Source: an uncultured Candidatus Saccharibacteria bacterium (GTDB lineage Bacteria > Patescibacteriota > Minisyncoccia > Sungbacterales > SURF-37). Taken from it: a DNA stretch of 32,463 bases. Location: the NCBI GenBank assembly GCA_964361655.1, contig CAYIBD010000004.1, positions 1 to 32,463 on the forward strand, given 5' to 3'. Each line of letters begins with the position of its first letter. Position 1 is the first letter of the stretch. Below, piece after piece: positions 1 to 7,935 of this stretch. Position numbers and translations under genes: made by a program. Below the pieces are notes generated by a model. It saw only the letters and a program-made list of their open reading frames with translations, was not told where the DNA came from and made no database searches.

Positions 1-402
1 GCTCAGGGCGAGCGTGCCGGCTGCGCCGTCACGCTCGACTGCAAGCTTGAACTGGAAATGGCCGAGATGACCGAGGAAGAGCTTGGCGAGCTAGGACTGA
101 AATCCCGGCTGGGCGAACTCATACAAAAGGCCTACGACGCCCTCGGCCTGATTACCTTTTACACTATTAAAGGCGGCCAAGAGCTTCATGCCTGGCCGAT
201 CAAGCGCGGTTCCAACGCGCCCGAGGCTGGCGGCGCGGTGCATACGGACTTTCAAGAAAAATTCATCCGCGCCGAGGTGATTCCCTTCGCCAAGCTGGTT
301 GAAGCCGGTTCTTGGCACAAAGCCCGGGAGCTCGGCTGGCTCCGGATAGAAGGGCGGGGGTATGTCGTCGAGGACGGAGATGTGATAGAATTTAGAATCT
401 AG
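1..402 (+). CDS. ychF: Redox-regulated ATPase YchF, C-terminal part (5' truncated by window edge)
   Basis: Frame is open from base 1. Motifs LGLITFYT, AGGAVHTDFQEKFIRAEV and EGRGYVVEDGDVIEFR match the YchF C-terminal TGS-like domain. Confidence 0.95.
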   Translation, partial: AQGERAGCAVTLDCKLELEMAEMTEEELGELGLKSRLGELIQKAYDALGLITFYTIKGGQELHAWPIKRGSNAPEAGGAVHTDFQEKFIRAEVIPFAKLVEAGSWHKARELGWLRIEGRGYVVEDGDVIEFRI

Positions 403-420
403 TATCTAGGATCTAGAAGC
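386..420 (+). repeat. Five tandem heptamers (TAGAATT TAGAATC TAGTATC TAGGATC TAGAAGC) spanning the ychF stop codon
   Basis: Read directly; the third unit supplies the TAG stop at 400-402. Confidence 0.85.
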
Positions 421-532
421 TTGCAAGACGACCGATGATTTGCTAGAGTTTGTGGGCATTCCACTTTGTCAATTTCTGCGATCCGAAGTATTCGCAATTC
501 GCGGATTGGCATAAGATTCGTTGATTGGCATC

Positions 533-994
533 ATGTCTGACGAAGTGAAATCCTACGAGATCGCCTACCTCATCAACCCCGATGTTTCCGAGGACGAGGT
601 GTTTGGCCAAGCCGGGAAGATCACGAGTTTCATTCAAGATACCCACGGCCTGGTGGGTCGAATTGAAGAGCCAAAGAGGCGCCGGCTCGCCTACCCGATC
701 AATAAATTTCGCGAGGCATATTTCGGCTGGACGGTCTTTGCGATTGCGCCGGAGCGCCTAGCTGAAATTGAGAAGCGAGTAAAAGCCGAGAAGCATGTGA
801 TCCGTTTCCTGATCGCTGAGGAGGTGAAACGGCCGATCCCCGAGTTCCGGCCGCCCCGCCCGCGTCGGGAGCCGCGGTTTGTCCGGCCGCCGCTGGGAGA
901 GATCAAACCGTTTGCCCCGCAGGCACCCAAGGAAGAGGATAAGACCAAGATCGAGGAGCTGGACAAGCGCCTAGAAGAGATTTTGGGGAAATGA
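533..994 (+). CDS. rpsF: 30S ribosomal protein S6 with Pro/Arg-rich C-terminal extension
   Basis: YEIAYLINP...RRLAYPINK...VIRFLI motifs; first gene of the rpsF-ssb-rpsR order; ATG at 533 preferred over TTG at 521. Confidence 0.93.
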   Translation: MSDEVKSYEIAYLINPDVSEDEVFGQAGKITSFIQDTHGLVGRIEEPKRRRLAYPINKFREAYFGWTVFAIAPERLAEIEKRVKAEKHVIRFLIAEEVKRPIPEFRPPRPRREPRFVRPPLGEIKPFAPQAPKEEDKTKIEELDKRLEEILGK

Positions 995-1540
<546 letters not shown>

Positions 1541-1545
1541 AGGGC

Positions 1546-1906
1546 TTGGCCCCCGCTTTCGAGCTGCAGGCGATGAAAGCGGAGCTGCCAAACTCCCGCC
1601 TATTCCTACGAGGCGAAGCCGAGTAGCTGAATGGGCGAGGATCCCGTACATATCATGCGTGGATATGATTACTTTCACGAATGGGCGGGATCGCGCACTT
1701 TAACCTCGTTCGCTTCCGGCGAACTCGGGATATGTGCGGGACTTCACCCGCCGTAGCCTCGGTGAAGGCGGGTTAGCATAAGGAAGTCCGCCTTCGCTCC
1801 CCCTTCGCCTTCGGCTACGGAAGGACACAGTAAAGCTTCGGCGGATGCTCATAATCGCAGCGAATTTTCTCGCTTACGATGTGAGCTCGAAAATTCGGCG
1901 ATTATG
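1546..1906. repeat. Array of about six REP-like hairpins between ssb and rpsR
   Basis: Stems 1553-1560/1575-1582, 1594-1605/1679-1690, 1704-1728, 1746-1773, 1787-1845 and 1861-1897 were read directly. Confidence 0.8.
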
Positions 1907-2119
1907 GCAGATCAAAAACAGTGCTTCTTTTGCACATCCAATCACAAGGTGGCCGACTATAAAGATCCTGGCCTGCTTTTGAAATTCATGTCGGCCAACC
2001 GCAAGGTCATCCCGCGCCGCCGGAGCCACCTCTGCGCCGGCCATCAGCGGGAACTCGCCAGGGCCATCAAGCGGGCGCGATTTTTGGCACTCGTGCCCTA
2101 CACGCTCCACCAGCGATAA
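1904..2119 (+). CDS. rpsR: 30S ribosomal protein S18 (Zn-ribbon C+ type: CFFC...HLC..HQ)
   Basis: CFFC, DYKD..LL.KF, HQRELARAIKRARFLALVPY signature. Confidence 0.96.
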   Translation: MADQKQCFFCTSNHKVADYKDPGLLLKFMSANRKVIPRRRSHLCAGHQRELARAIKRARFLALVPYTLHQR

Positions 2120-2138
2120 GAACGGGCATAAACAACTA

Positions 2139-2184
2139 ACCCCCTCCCGCGCCTAGAGCGTATGGCTGCGCAAGCGGAGGGGGT
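2139..2184. terminator. Inverted repeat between convergent rpsR and recA (possible bidirectional terminator or ACCCC-type element)
   Basis: ACCCCCTCC(2139-2147)/GGAGGGGGT(2176-2184) with an inner GCGC/GCGC stem; no clear U-tract. Confidence 0.45.
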
Positions 2185-2214
2185 GAATCTTCCGGCGATG
2201 ACGCCGAGGCGCGG

Positions 2215-3252
2215 CTAGGATTCAGGCGGCGCGGCGATGGCCTCCTTAATCTTCTTTACAATATCCTCGGCGAGCTTGGGGTTTTGCTTGAGAAACGTCC
2301 TGGCGTTATCAAAGCCCTGGCCGAGGCGCGTGCCCTCAAAGGCGAACGAGGCCCCGGCTTTCTTGACCACGCCGTATTTCTCGCCCAGGGTGAGGAGCTC
2401 CGCATCCCGCGAGATCCCCTCGTTGTAGAAGATGTCGAATTCCGCCCGACGGAAGGGCGGAGCAACCTTATTCTTCACAATTTTGGCGTTGACGCGGTTG
2501 CCGACGATCTCCTCCCCTTTTTTGATTTGGGCCGCCCGCCGAAGGTCAATCCTGACCGAGGAATAGAATTTCAAGGCCCGGCCGCCGGGCGTGGTTTCCG
2601 GATTACCGAACATAATGCCGATCTGCATCCGGATTTGATTCAAGAAGATGACGCAGGTTTTGGTTTTGGAAACAGCGGCGGTGAGTTTGCGGAGGGCATG
2701 GGACATCAGGCGCGCCTGCAACCCGATGTGCTGCTGCCCCATCTCACCTTCGATCTCGGCCTGGGGGGTAAGCGCCGCTACCGAATCAATGACGATCACG
2801 TCTACTGACGCGGAGCGGACGATTGATTCGACGATCTCGAGGGCCTGTTCCCCGGTGTCGGGCTGTGAGATCAAAAGATCGTTTATCATAACGCCGAGGC
2901 GCTTGGCGTAATCGGGATCAAGGGCGTGCTCGGCATCCACGAAGGCGGCAAGCCCGCCCTTCTTCTGGGCCTCGGCCACGATGTGTAAGGCCAACGTCGT
3001 TTTTCCGCTCGACTCCGGGCCAAAAATCTCAATCACCCGGCCGCGCGGCACCCCGCCCACGCCGAGGGCCATGTCCAAGGCCAGCGACCCCGACGGGATG
3101 ACATCCACGTCCACCCGGCGGGCCTCGCCAAGTTTCATGATGGCGCCCTCCCCGTACTTTTCCTGGATCTCCTTGACCGTATCCTCCAGGGTGCGCAGCT
3201 TTTCCTCGCGGAGTTCGGCTTTCGTGGTTGTGGGGTTTTCTTCCTTTGGCAT
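2215..3252 (-). CDS. recA: Recombinase RecA
   Basis: GPESSGKTT Walker [36 protein letters not shown]. Confidence 0.99.
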   Translation of the reverse strand: MPKEENPTTTKAELREEKLRTLEDTVKEIQEKYGEGAIMKLGEARRVDVDVIPSGSLALDMALGVGGVPRGRVIEIFGPESSGKTTLALHIVAEAQKKGGLAAFVDAEHALDPDYAKRLGVMINDLLISQPDTGEQALEIVESIVRSASVDVIVIDSVAALTPQAEIEGEMGQQHIGLQARLMSHALRKLTAAVSKTKTCVIFLNQIRMQIGIMFGNPETTPGGRALKFYSSVRIDLRRAAQIKKGEEIVGNRVNAKIVKNKVAPPFRRAEFDIFYNEGISRDAELLTLGEKYGVVKKAGASFAFEGTRLGQGFDNARTFLKQNPKLAEDIVKKIKEAIAAPPES

Positions 3253-3258
3253 GGTGTC

Positions 3259-3343
3259 TCGATGCTAATATACGAATTCTACTAATGATACGAATGCCGG
3301 TTGGCGATTCGTATAATTAGTACCATTCGCATATTGGTATCGA
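3259..3343. repeat. 85-nt imperfect hairpin of TACGAAT/TACTAAT and ATTCGTA/ATTAGTA repeats directly upstream of recA
   Basis: TCGATGCTAATATACGAAT pairs with ATTCGCATATTGGTATCGA; inner repeats pair in register; same architecture as 995-1075. Confidence 0.8.
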
Positions 3344-3346
3344 TAC

Positions 3347-3715
3347 TTACTTTACCACGATATACCTTACGACCCTGGTGGTCTTCCCGTAGCGGTTTTT
3401 GGCTTCAAACTCGAGACGATTTACGCCTTTGAAGAGATATATGCGCTCGCTGAATTCACCGCTGCCGCCACTGTATAATGGCCGGCCGTTCAAGGTCAAA
3501 TCGGCGTCGGGGTCGGTCCGGCCACGAAGGTCGTAGCGCGTTGCCTCGGTTGCAATATCCCCCGGCGGCTCGAGGATCTCAAGGCCGGGCGCACGGAGGA
3601 ACTTGAATTCATAGGCGAAAAAACCAACGATGGCCGCCACGACCATGGCGGCGATCAGGAGCACAAAGTTCCGCTGGTTGATGGGGGCGTGTCGCCGTCG
3701 GAGGGGATGATCCAT
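3347..3715 (-). CDS. Membrane-anchored Ig-like domain protein (hypothetical)
   Basis: One N-terminal TM helix, then P.LEI..P...GRTDPDA.LTLNG...GVNRL.FEA.N.YGK beta-sandwich pattern; co-oriented between ftsK and recA. Confidence 0.8.
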   Translation of the reverse strand: MDHPLRRRHAPINQRNFVLLIAAMVVAAIVGFFAYEFKFLRAPGLEILEPPGDIATEATRYDLRGRTDPDADLTLNGRPLYSGGSGEFSERIYLFKGVNRLEFEAKNRYGKTTRVVRYIVVK

Positions 3716-3723
3716 GGATCTGA

Positions 3724-5889
3724 TTAGGCCGGCATATCCGGTCGGGTTTCGGTCGGCCCCTCCCGCACGAGAATCTCTCGCGGCTTCGCCCCTTCTCCCG
3801 GGCCGATCACTCCCCGCTCCTCCAGGAGGTCGAGGAGCCGAGCAGCCCGGGCGTAGCCGATTTTGAGGCGGCGCTGTAAGTACGAGGCCGAGGCCTTGCC
3901 GGCCTGGACCACGGTCTTTCGCGCTTCCTCGTAGAGCGGGTCATCGTCGCCGTCAAATTCATCCCCGGCGAGTGCGCTTGCGAGAGCGCCATCGGCCCGC
4001 ATCTCGAAAATATCTTCCCCGGTGCTCGCCGGTACGTCGGAGACCTGATCTCGGATAAACGCCACGATGCGTTGGACTTCTTCTTCAGAAACAAACCCGC
4101 TCTGGATGCGCCGCGGTTTGGCCGTGTCGCCGGCTAAAAAGAGCATATCCCCGTTGCCGAGGAGCTTCTCGGCACCGGCAACGTCAAGGATGGTGCGCGA
4201 ATCAACCTGCGAGGCAACCTGGAAGGCGATCCTGGACGTGATGTTGGCTTTGATTAAGCCGGTGATCACCTCGACTGACGGCCGTTGGGTCGAAACCACG
4301 AGGTGGATGCCGACGGCTCTCGCCATCTGCGCCAAACGAATGATTGAGCCCTCCATCTCGCGAGGGAAAGCCACCATGAGATCAGCCAGTTCGTCAATGA
4401 TGATGATGAGGTAGGGCATTGGCTCCGCCAGCTCCCCGCTGCCAGCCCCCAGCCGAGCGTTGTAGCTCGAAACGTCTCGGACGCCGGCGTGGGAAAGCGC
4501 TTCGTAGCGGCGCTCCATTTCCTTCACCGCCCAGCGCAGGGCCTGTATGGTTTTTTTGGCGTCGGTAACGGGCGGGGTAAGGAGGTGCGGAATGCCGGAG
4601 TAGATGGAGAGCTCGACGCGCTTGGGGTCAACGATGAGAAACCTCAAGAGTTCCGGCGGGTTCCGGTAGAGGAAGGCCGCGATCATGGAGTGGAGCATTA
4701 CGGACTTCCCCGAGCCGGTTGCGCCGGCAACGAGGAGGTGCGGCATTTTTGAGAGGTTGGCGTAGACCGGAGCGCCGGCCACGTCGCGGCCGAGGGCAAA
4801 GAGCAGCGGTGCTTCGGACTTTTGGAAAATTTCTTCATTGAATAAGCTCCGGAGGCCAACGAGGGCGATGGAGCGGTTCGGTACCTCCACACCGACGAGG
4901 GATTTCCCCGGGATCGGCGCTTCGATGCGGATCGGGTGGGCAGCCAAGGCGAGCGCCAGGTCGCTGGAGAGGGCCAGGATCCGGGAGAGTTTGACACCTT
5001 CGGCCGGTTTTAACGTGTACTGGGTTACGGTCGGTCCGACCGACACCTCCCCCATCTCAACGTCAATGCCGAAATTGAGAAGCGTTCGCCGGATGATGTT
5101 GGCGTTGGCCCGGATATCGCCGGAGGAAGGTGTGCCGCGATCATCGTCCAGGAGCGAGAGCGGCGGGATGACGTAGGCAAACTTCCGTATGCGCCGTTCC
5201 GCAACGGCGAATTCGTCGGCATCTTTGCCGGGCTTGGTCTCAACCGCTTCGACCACTACCGAGGCGGCGTTTGGCTGCGGCGCGGTTTCTTTTTTGGTGA
5301 TGGCGTCCGTAAGGCTCGATGCGGCTTCGGCCACGGCGTCCCGCAGCCGCTCTCTTGCCCCGGCCTCGGCCGTGGCTTCATCCGGTTCTCGCGGCCGCCA
5401 GAGGGGGACGTTGGCCATGATGAGAATGGAGACGGTGAAGAGCGCAACCTCAATCACGAGCGCTGCCCAGAAGTCAAAGAGGCGCTCGAGCGGCCAGTTC
5501 GTAAGGAAGCCGAGCCAGCCGCCGGTGCGGCCGTCGGAAAAGAGATCTATGATGGCGAGCGAAGAGATCAAGAAGAGCGCGCCGCCGATGAGGGTCGGCG
5601 CGAGCATGCGTCGGCGAATGGCCAAGAGCAGCGAGGAGCCGATGAGGATGAAGGTGAGCGGTGCGAGAAAATAGGCCTGGCCTACCGCCAGAGACAGCGA
5701 CCGAAATATGATATTGCCGAGAAAACCGGCCCGGCCCCAGTAGGCCAGAATCATAACCGCGGCGAGGGTAAAGCAGACGATTGCGAGAACGCTTTTTTTG
5801 GTTTCCGGAGCCAGGTCGTCATGCCATCTCCTGCGAACCTCGCCAGGATTGCTGCTACCGCGGTCCTTGGCTTTTTTACGTCGGGCCAT
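3724..5889 (-). CDS. ftsK: DNA translocase FtsK/SpoIIIE
   Basis: N-terminal TM segments, PHLLVAGATGSGKS, IIIDELADLM, TQRPSV, C-terminal gamma domain (LQRRLKIGYARAARL). Start placed at ATG 5889 behind TACAAT. Confidence 0.98.
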   Translation of the reverse strand: MARRKKAKDRGSSNPGEVRRRWHDDLAPETKKSVLAIVCFTLAAVMILAYWGRAGFLGNIIFRSLSLAVGQAYFLAPLTFILIGSSLLLAIRRRMLAPTLIGGALFLISSLAIIDLFSDGRTGGWLGFLTNWPLERLFDFWAALVIEVALFTVSILIMANVPLWRPREPDEATAEAGARERLRDAVAEAASSLTDAITKKETAPQPNAASVVVEAVETKPGKDADEFAVAERRIRKFAYVIPPLSLLDDDRGTPSSGDIRANANIIRRTLLNFGIDVEMGEVSVGPTVTQYTLKPAEGVKLSRILALSSDLALALAAHPIRIEAPIPGKSLVGVEVPNRSIALVGLRSLFNEEIFQKSEAPLLFALGRDVAGAPVYANLSKMPHLLVAGATGSGKSVMLHSMIAAFLYRNPPELLRFLIVDPKRVELSIYSGIPHLLTPPVTDAKKTIQALRWAVKEMERRYEALSHAGVRDVSSYNARLGAGSGELAEPMPYLIIIIDELADLMVAFPREMEGSIIRLAQMARAVGIHLVVSTQRPSVEVITGLIKANITSRIAFQVASQVDSRTILDVAGAEKLLGNGDMLFLAGDTAKPRRIQSGFVSEEEVQRIVAFIRDQVSDVPASTGEDIFEMRADGALASALAGDEFDGDDDPLYEEARKTVVQAGKASASYLQRRLKIGYARAARLLDLLEERGVIGPGEGAKPREILVREGPTETRPDMPA

Positions 5890-5895
5890 GCCGAT

Positions 5896-5901
5896 ATTGT
5901 A
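5896..5901 (-). promoter_or_regulatory. Putative -10 box TACAAT 6 nt upstream of the ftsK ATG (leaderless-type)
   Basis: Minus strand TACAAT-atcggc-ATG. Confidence 0.5.
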
Positions 5902-5937
5902 CGCAATATCAGTGCGGTCGGCCAATGAAAAGGCCCG

Positions 5938-6486
5938 CTAGGTTTTTCCCCTGGCGGGCAAGAAATGGGCCTGATCCGGCGGAACTCCGCGCAAGCACTC
6001 TAGGCCAAACTGGGTGCAGAAGGTGAGGCCTAGATGCTCAATCAGGCCGTCAACCTCGCGCTTCAGGAGCTCGAGGGTTATGGACGGGTCCCCCCAGCCG
6101 CGGTAGCCGATCTCAACCGCCTCGAAGCGGAGCCGGGCGGCTTCAATCAAGCGGCGGGCTATTTTGAGCTCGGCCTTGCTCCACCCATAGCGGGCCGCGG
6201 CTTTTTCCAGGCGCGGCTGGCGCCGTTCCCAGAAAAGAACATAGGCCTCGGCTTCGCCGAGCAGCCGGATTTCTTCGCTCATGCTGGGTGACACCGGCCG
6301 AGATTCGAGCCAGGCCATAGGGTCGGTTCGACCGGAAAGATAGGGCCCGATCCACATCCCGGCGCTAAAGAGCGCGAAGATGAGGATCAACACGACGATG
6401 GTAAGACACACGGCCACGATCTTGGCGTTGATATCGTTTTGTGTGGTGCTAACCAGCTGAAGTCCTCGCCGGCGCGAGCCATCCAT
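5938..6486 (-). CDS. Hypothetical protein with single N-terminal TM helix
   Basis: AGGAGG SD upstream, hydrophobic segment IVAVCLTIVVLILIFALFSAG, plausible promoter at 6557-6585; no family recognised. Confidence 0.65.
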   Translation of the reverse strand: MDGSRRRGLQLVSTTQNDINAKIVAVCLTIVVLILIFALFSAGMWIGPYLSGRTDPMAWLESRPVSPSMSEEIRLLGEAEAYVLFWERRQPRLEKAAARYGWSKAELKIARRLIEAARLRFEAVEIGYRGWGDPSITLELLKREVDGLIEHLGLTFCTQFGLECLRGVPPDQAHFLPARGKT

Positions 6487-6556
6487 TCATTCCTCCTTCG
6501 CCCATGGGGGGCGGGCGGGGTTTTGGGCTTAGGCCACCATGCCAAAGAGCGTCTGA

Positions 6557-6585
6557 AGTCTATACCAGTTTGTGGCATAAGTCAA
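6557..6585 (-). promoter_or_regulatory. Putative sigma70 promoter TTGACT-N17-TAGACT
   Basis: Minus strand ttgact tatgccacaaactggta tagact. Confidence 0.55.
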
Positions 6586-6590
6586 TATAA

Positions 6591-6611
6591 ACCGGTGGAT
6601 GATCCACCGGT
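6591..6611. promoter_or_regulatory. Perfect palindrome ACCGGTGGAT-G-ATCCACCGGT (operator-like)
   Basis: 10-bp arms with a 1-nt centre, immediately upstream of the -35 element. Confidence 0.5.
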
Positions 6612-6641
6612 GTTGGGCGACGAACGGCTATAAGAGCGAAG

Positions 6642-7348
6642 TCACTTTCGCTCTTCGGCCAGGCCGTGACGCCGGATTAATGCGGCGACGGTGCGGCGAT
6701 TGCGGCCGAGCCGAAGGCCGATTTTGGTTTTAGTCAGCCCTTGGGCCACGTAGCCGCGGAGGTACTGCAGGAGTGCCTGGGTGGCTGGCCTTGGCCCTCT
6801 TCGGCCGTCGGGCAGCTCATGGCTATACTGCCTTGCTTTTTTTATGAGCGTGCGCCGAGTGGCCCTGAACCTCCTCATTAGTTCGGAGACACTTGAGCTA
6901 ACCTTGATGGCGCCTGAGAGAGCGCTTGATGTGATGTCGGGTCTAGATACGAGATGAAACTGCGGCAGAGTGAGGCCGGCGCCTTTGAGACGACTGGAGA
7001 TGGTTTCTCGCTCGCATGCAGTTTTCTTGCCATTCCGCTTCGGCTCAATCCAGTGGCGGCAAGCTCCAGTATCAATTCGATCGTGATGTCAGGACGCTTG
7101 AGCCGGATGACCCGCGGCTTTGACTTGAGGCCGAGGTAGCGGATGACAAGCGAGGCGTTAGCCCGGGTGCCAAGGCCGAAGCGCTGGGCGAGCTCCTCCA
7201 AACTTTTTTTACCAGCCATGACCAGAATCTCGCGGCTGGCTCCGGGCCAGTGCTTTACGTCAAACCGCTGCCACCGAAGATCAAGGCGCATCGGACCAGG
7301 CGGACGGCCAGGGCCACGCTTTGGGGCAAGCACTCCTTTTGGGGCCAC
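6642..7348 (-). pseudogene. Tandem helix-turn-helix protein split by a -1 frameshift near 7004-7006 (about 235 aa if joined)
   Basis: Shifting at GAG AAA CC gives ...ARKLHASEK-TISSRLKGAGLTLPQFHLVSRPDITSS...SELMRRFRAT, continuous into ORF 6642..6878 and repeating the RPDIT motif. GGAGGTGA SD precedes the GTG. Confidence 0.75.
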
Positions 7349-7390
7349 GTTATCACCTCCCTGCTGGCGGGTTTAAAGGTTCTTGGATTA

Positions 7391-7399
7391 ATTATAGCA
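7391..7399 (-). promoter_or_regulatory. Extended -10 promoter TGCTATAAT for the HTH gene
   Basis: Consensus TGnTATAAT on the minus strand about 40 nt upstream of the start. Confidence 0.65.
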
Positions 7400-7416
7400 C
7401 GCCGGAGAAGTGTTGC

Positions 7417-7932
7417 CTAGCGGCACCCCTCGCCGTAGATGACTTTCATTTCGTGGCCGGGATTGACGTGGTTATGGAGGGTAACATCGGTAAGGCCGGG
7501 GTAGCGGACGTCGTAGATGCCAGACTCGTTCGGGGCAAGCTCGCCGTAGTCTGCGCCGGGGTCGCCAGTCGCGGCATGAGGGCTTACGCCGACGCGGATC
7601 GTATTGGTGGAGCTATTCAGGACGGTAATGAGGCACCCGATGGGGTCGTTGGCGCGGATGGTGAGGGTGGCTCGACTGAAGCCGCTCTCGCTATAGGTGA
7701 TCTGGCGTGGGTCGGTTACCTCGGCGTCAATAATATTGGTGCGGGGGCTGGCGTTCGGGTTTGGTCCTTCGAAACGAATTCCGGCATCGATCGGCGGGAG
7801 GTTCGGCGATGGTGGCGGGGGTTCAGCGGGGATGCGCTGTAAAATCGCGTTTGTGCCAAGGATCAGTATGGCCGCAAAGAGGCCGAGGCCGCCGAGAAGG
7901 AATGCAAGCTTTTGGTTCGGTGGAAGGCGCAT
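7417..7932 (-). CDS. Membrane-anchored extracellular protein, possibly cupredoxin-like fold
   Basis: N-terminal TM, Pro linker, ITYSESGFS..TLTI, C-terminal LHNHVNP pattern. Confidence 0.7.
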   Translation of the reverse strand: MRLPPNQKLAFLLGGLGLFAAILILGTNAILQRIPAEPPPPSPNLPPIDAGIRFEGPNPNASPRTNIIDAEVTDPRQITYSESGFSRATLTIRANDPIGCLITVLNSSTNTIRVGVSPHAATGDPGADYGELAPNESGIYDVRYPGLTDVTLHNHVNPGHEMKVIYGEGCR

Positions 7933-7935
7933 ATG

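Noticed and set aside
1546-1900. Possible CRISPR array, tRNA or riboswitch in the ssb-rpsR gap
   Set aside because: No identical direct repeats with regular spacers, no cas genes, no T-loop or cloverleaf, and no riboswitch consensus recognised. An Rfam scan was not possible.
7004-7030. Programmed -1 slippery site in the HTH gene
   Set aside because: No canonical X XXY YYZ heptamer or clear stimulatory structure; a single-base deletion or sequencing error is simpler.
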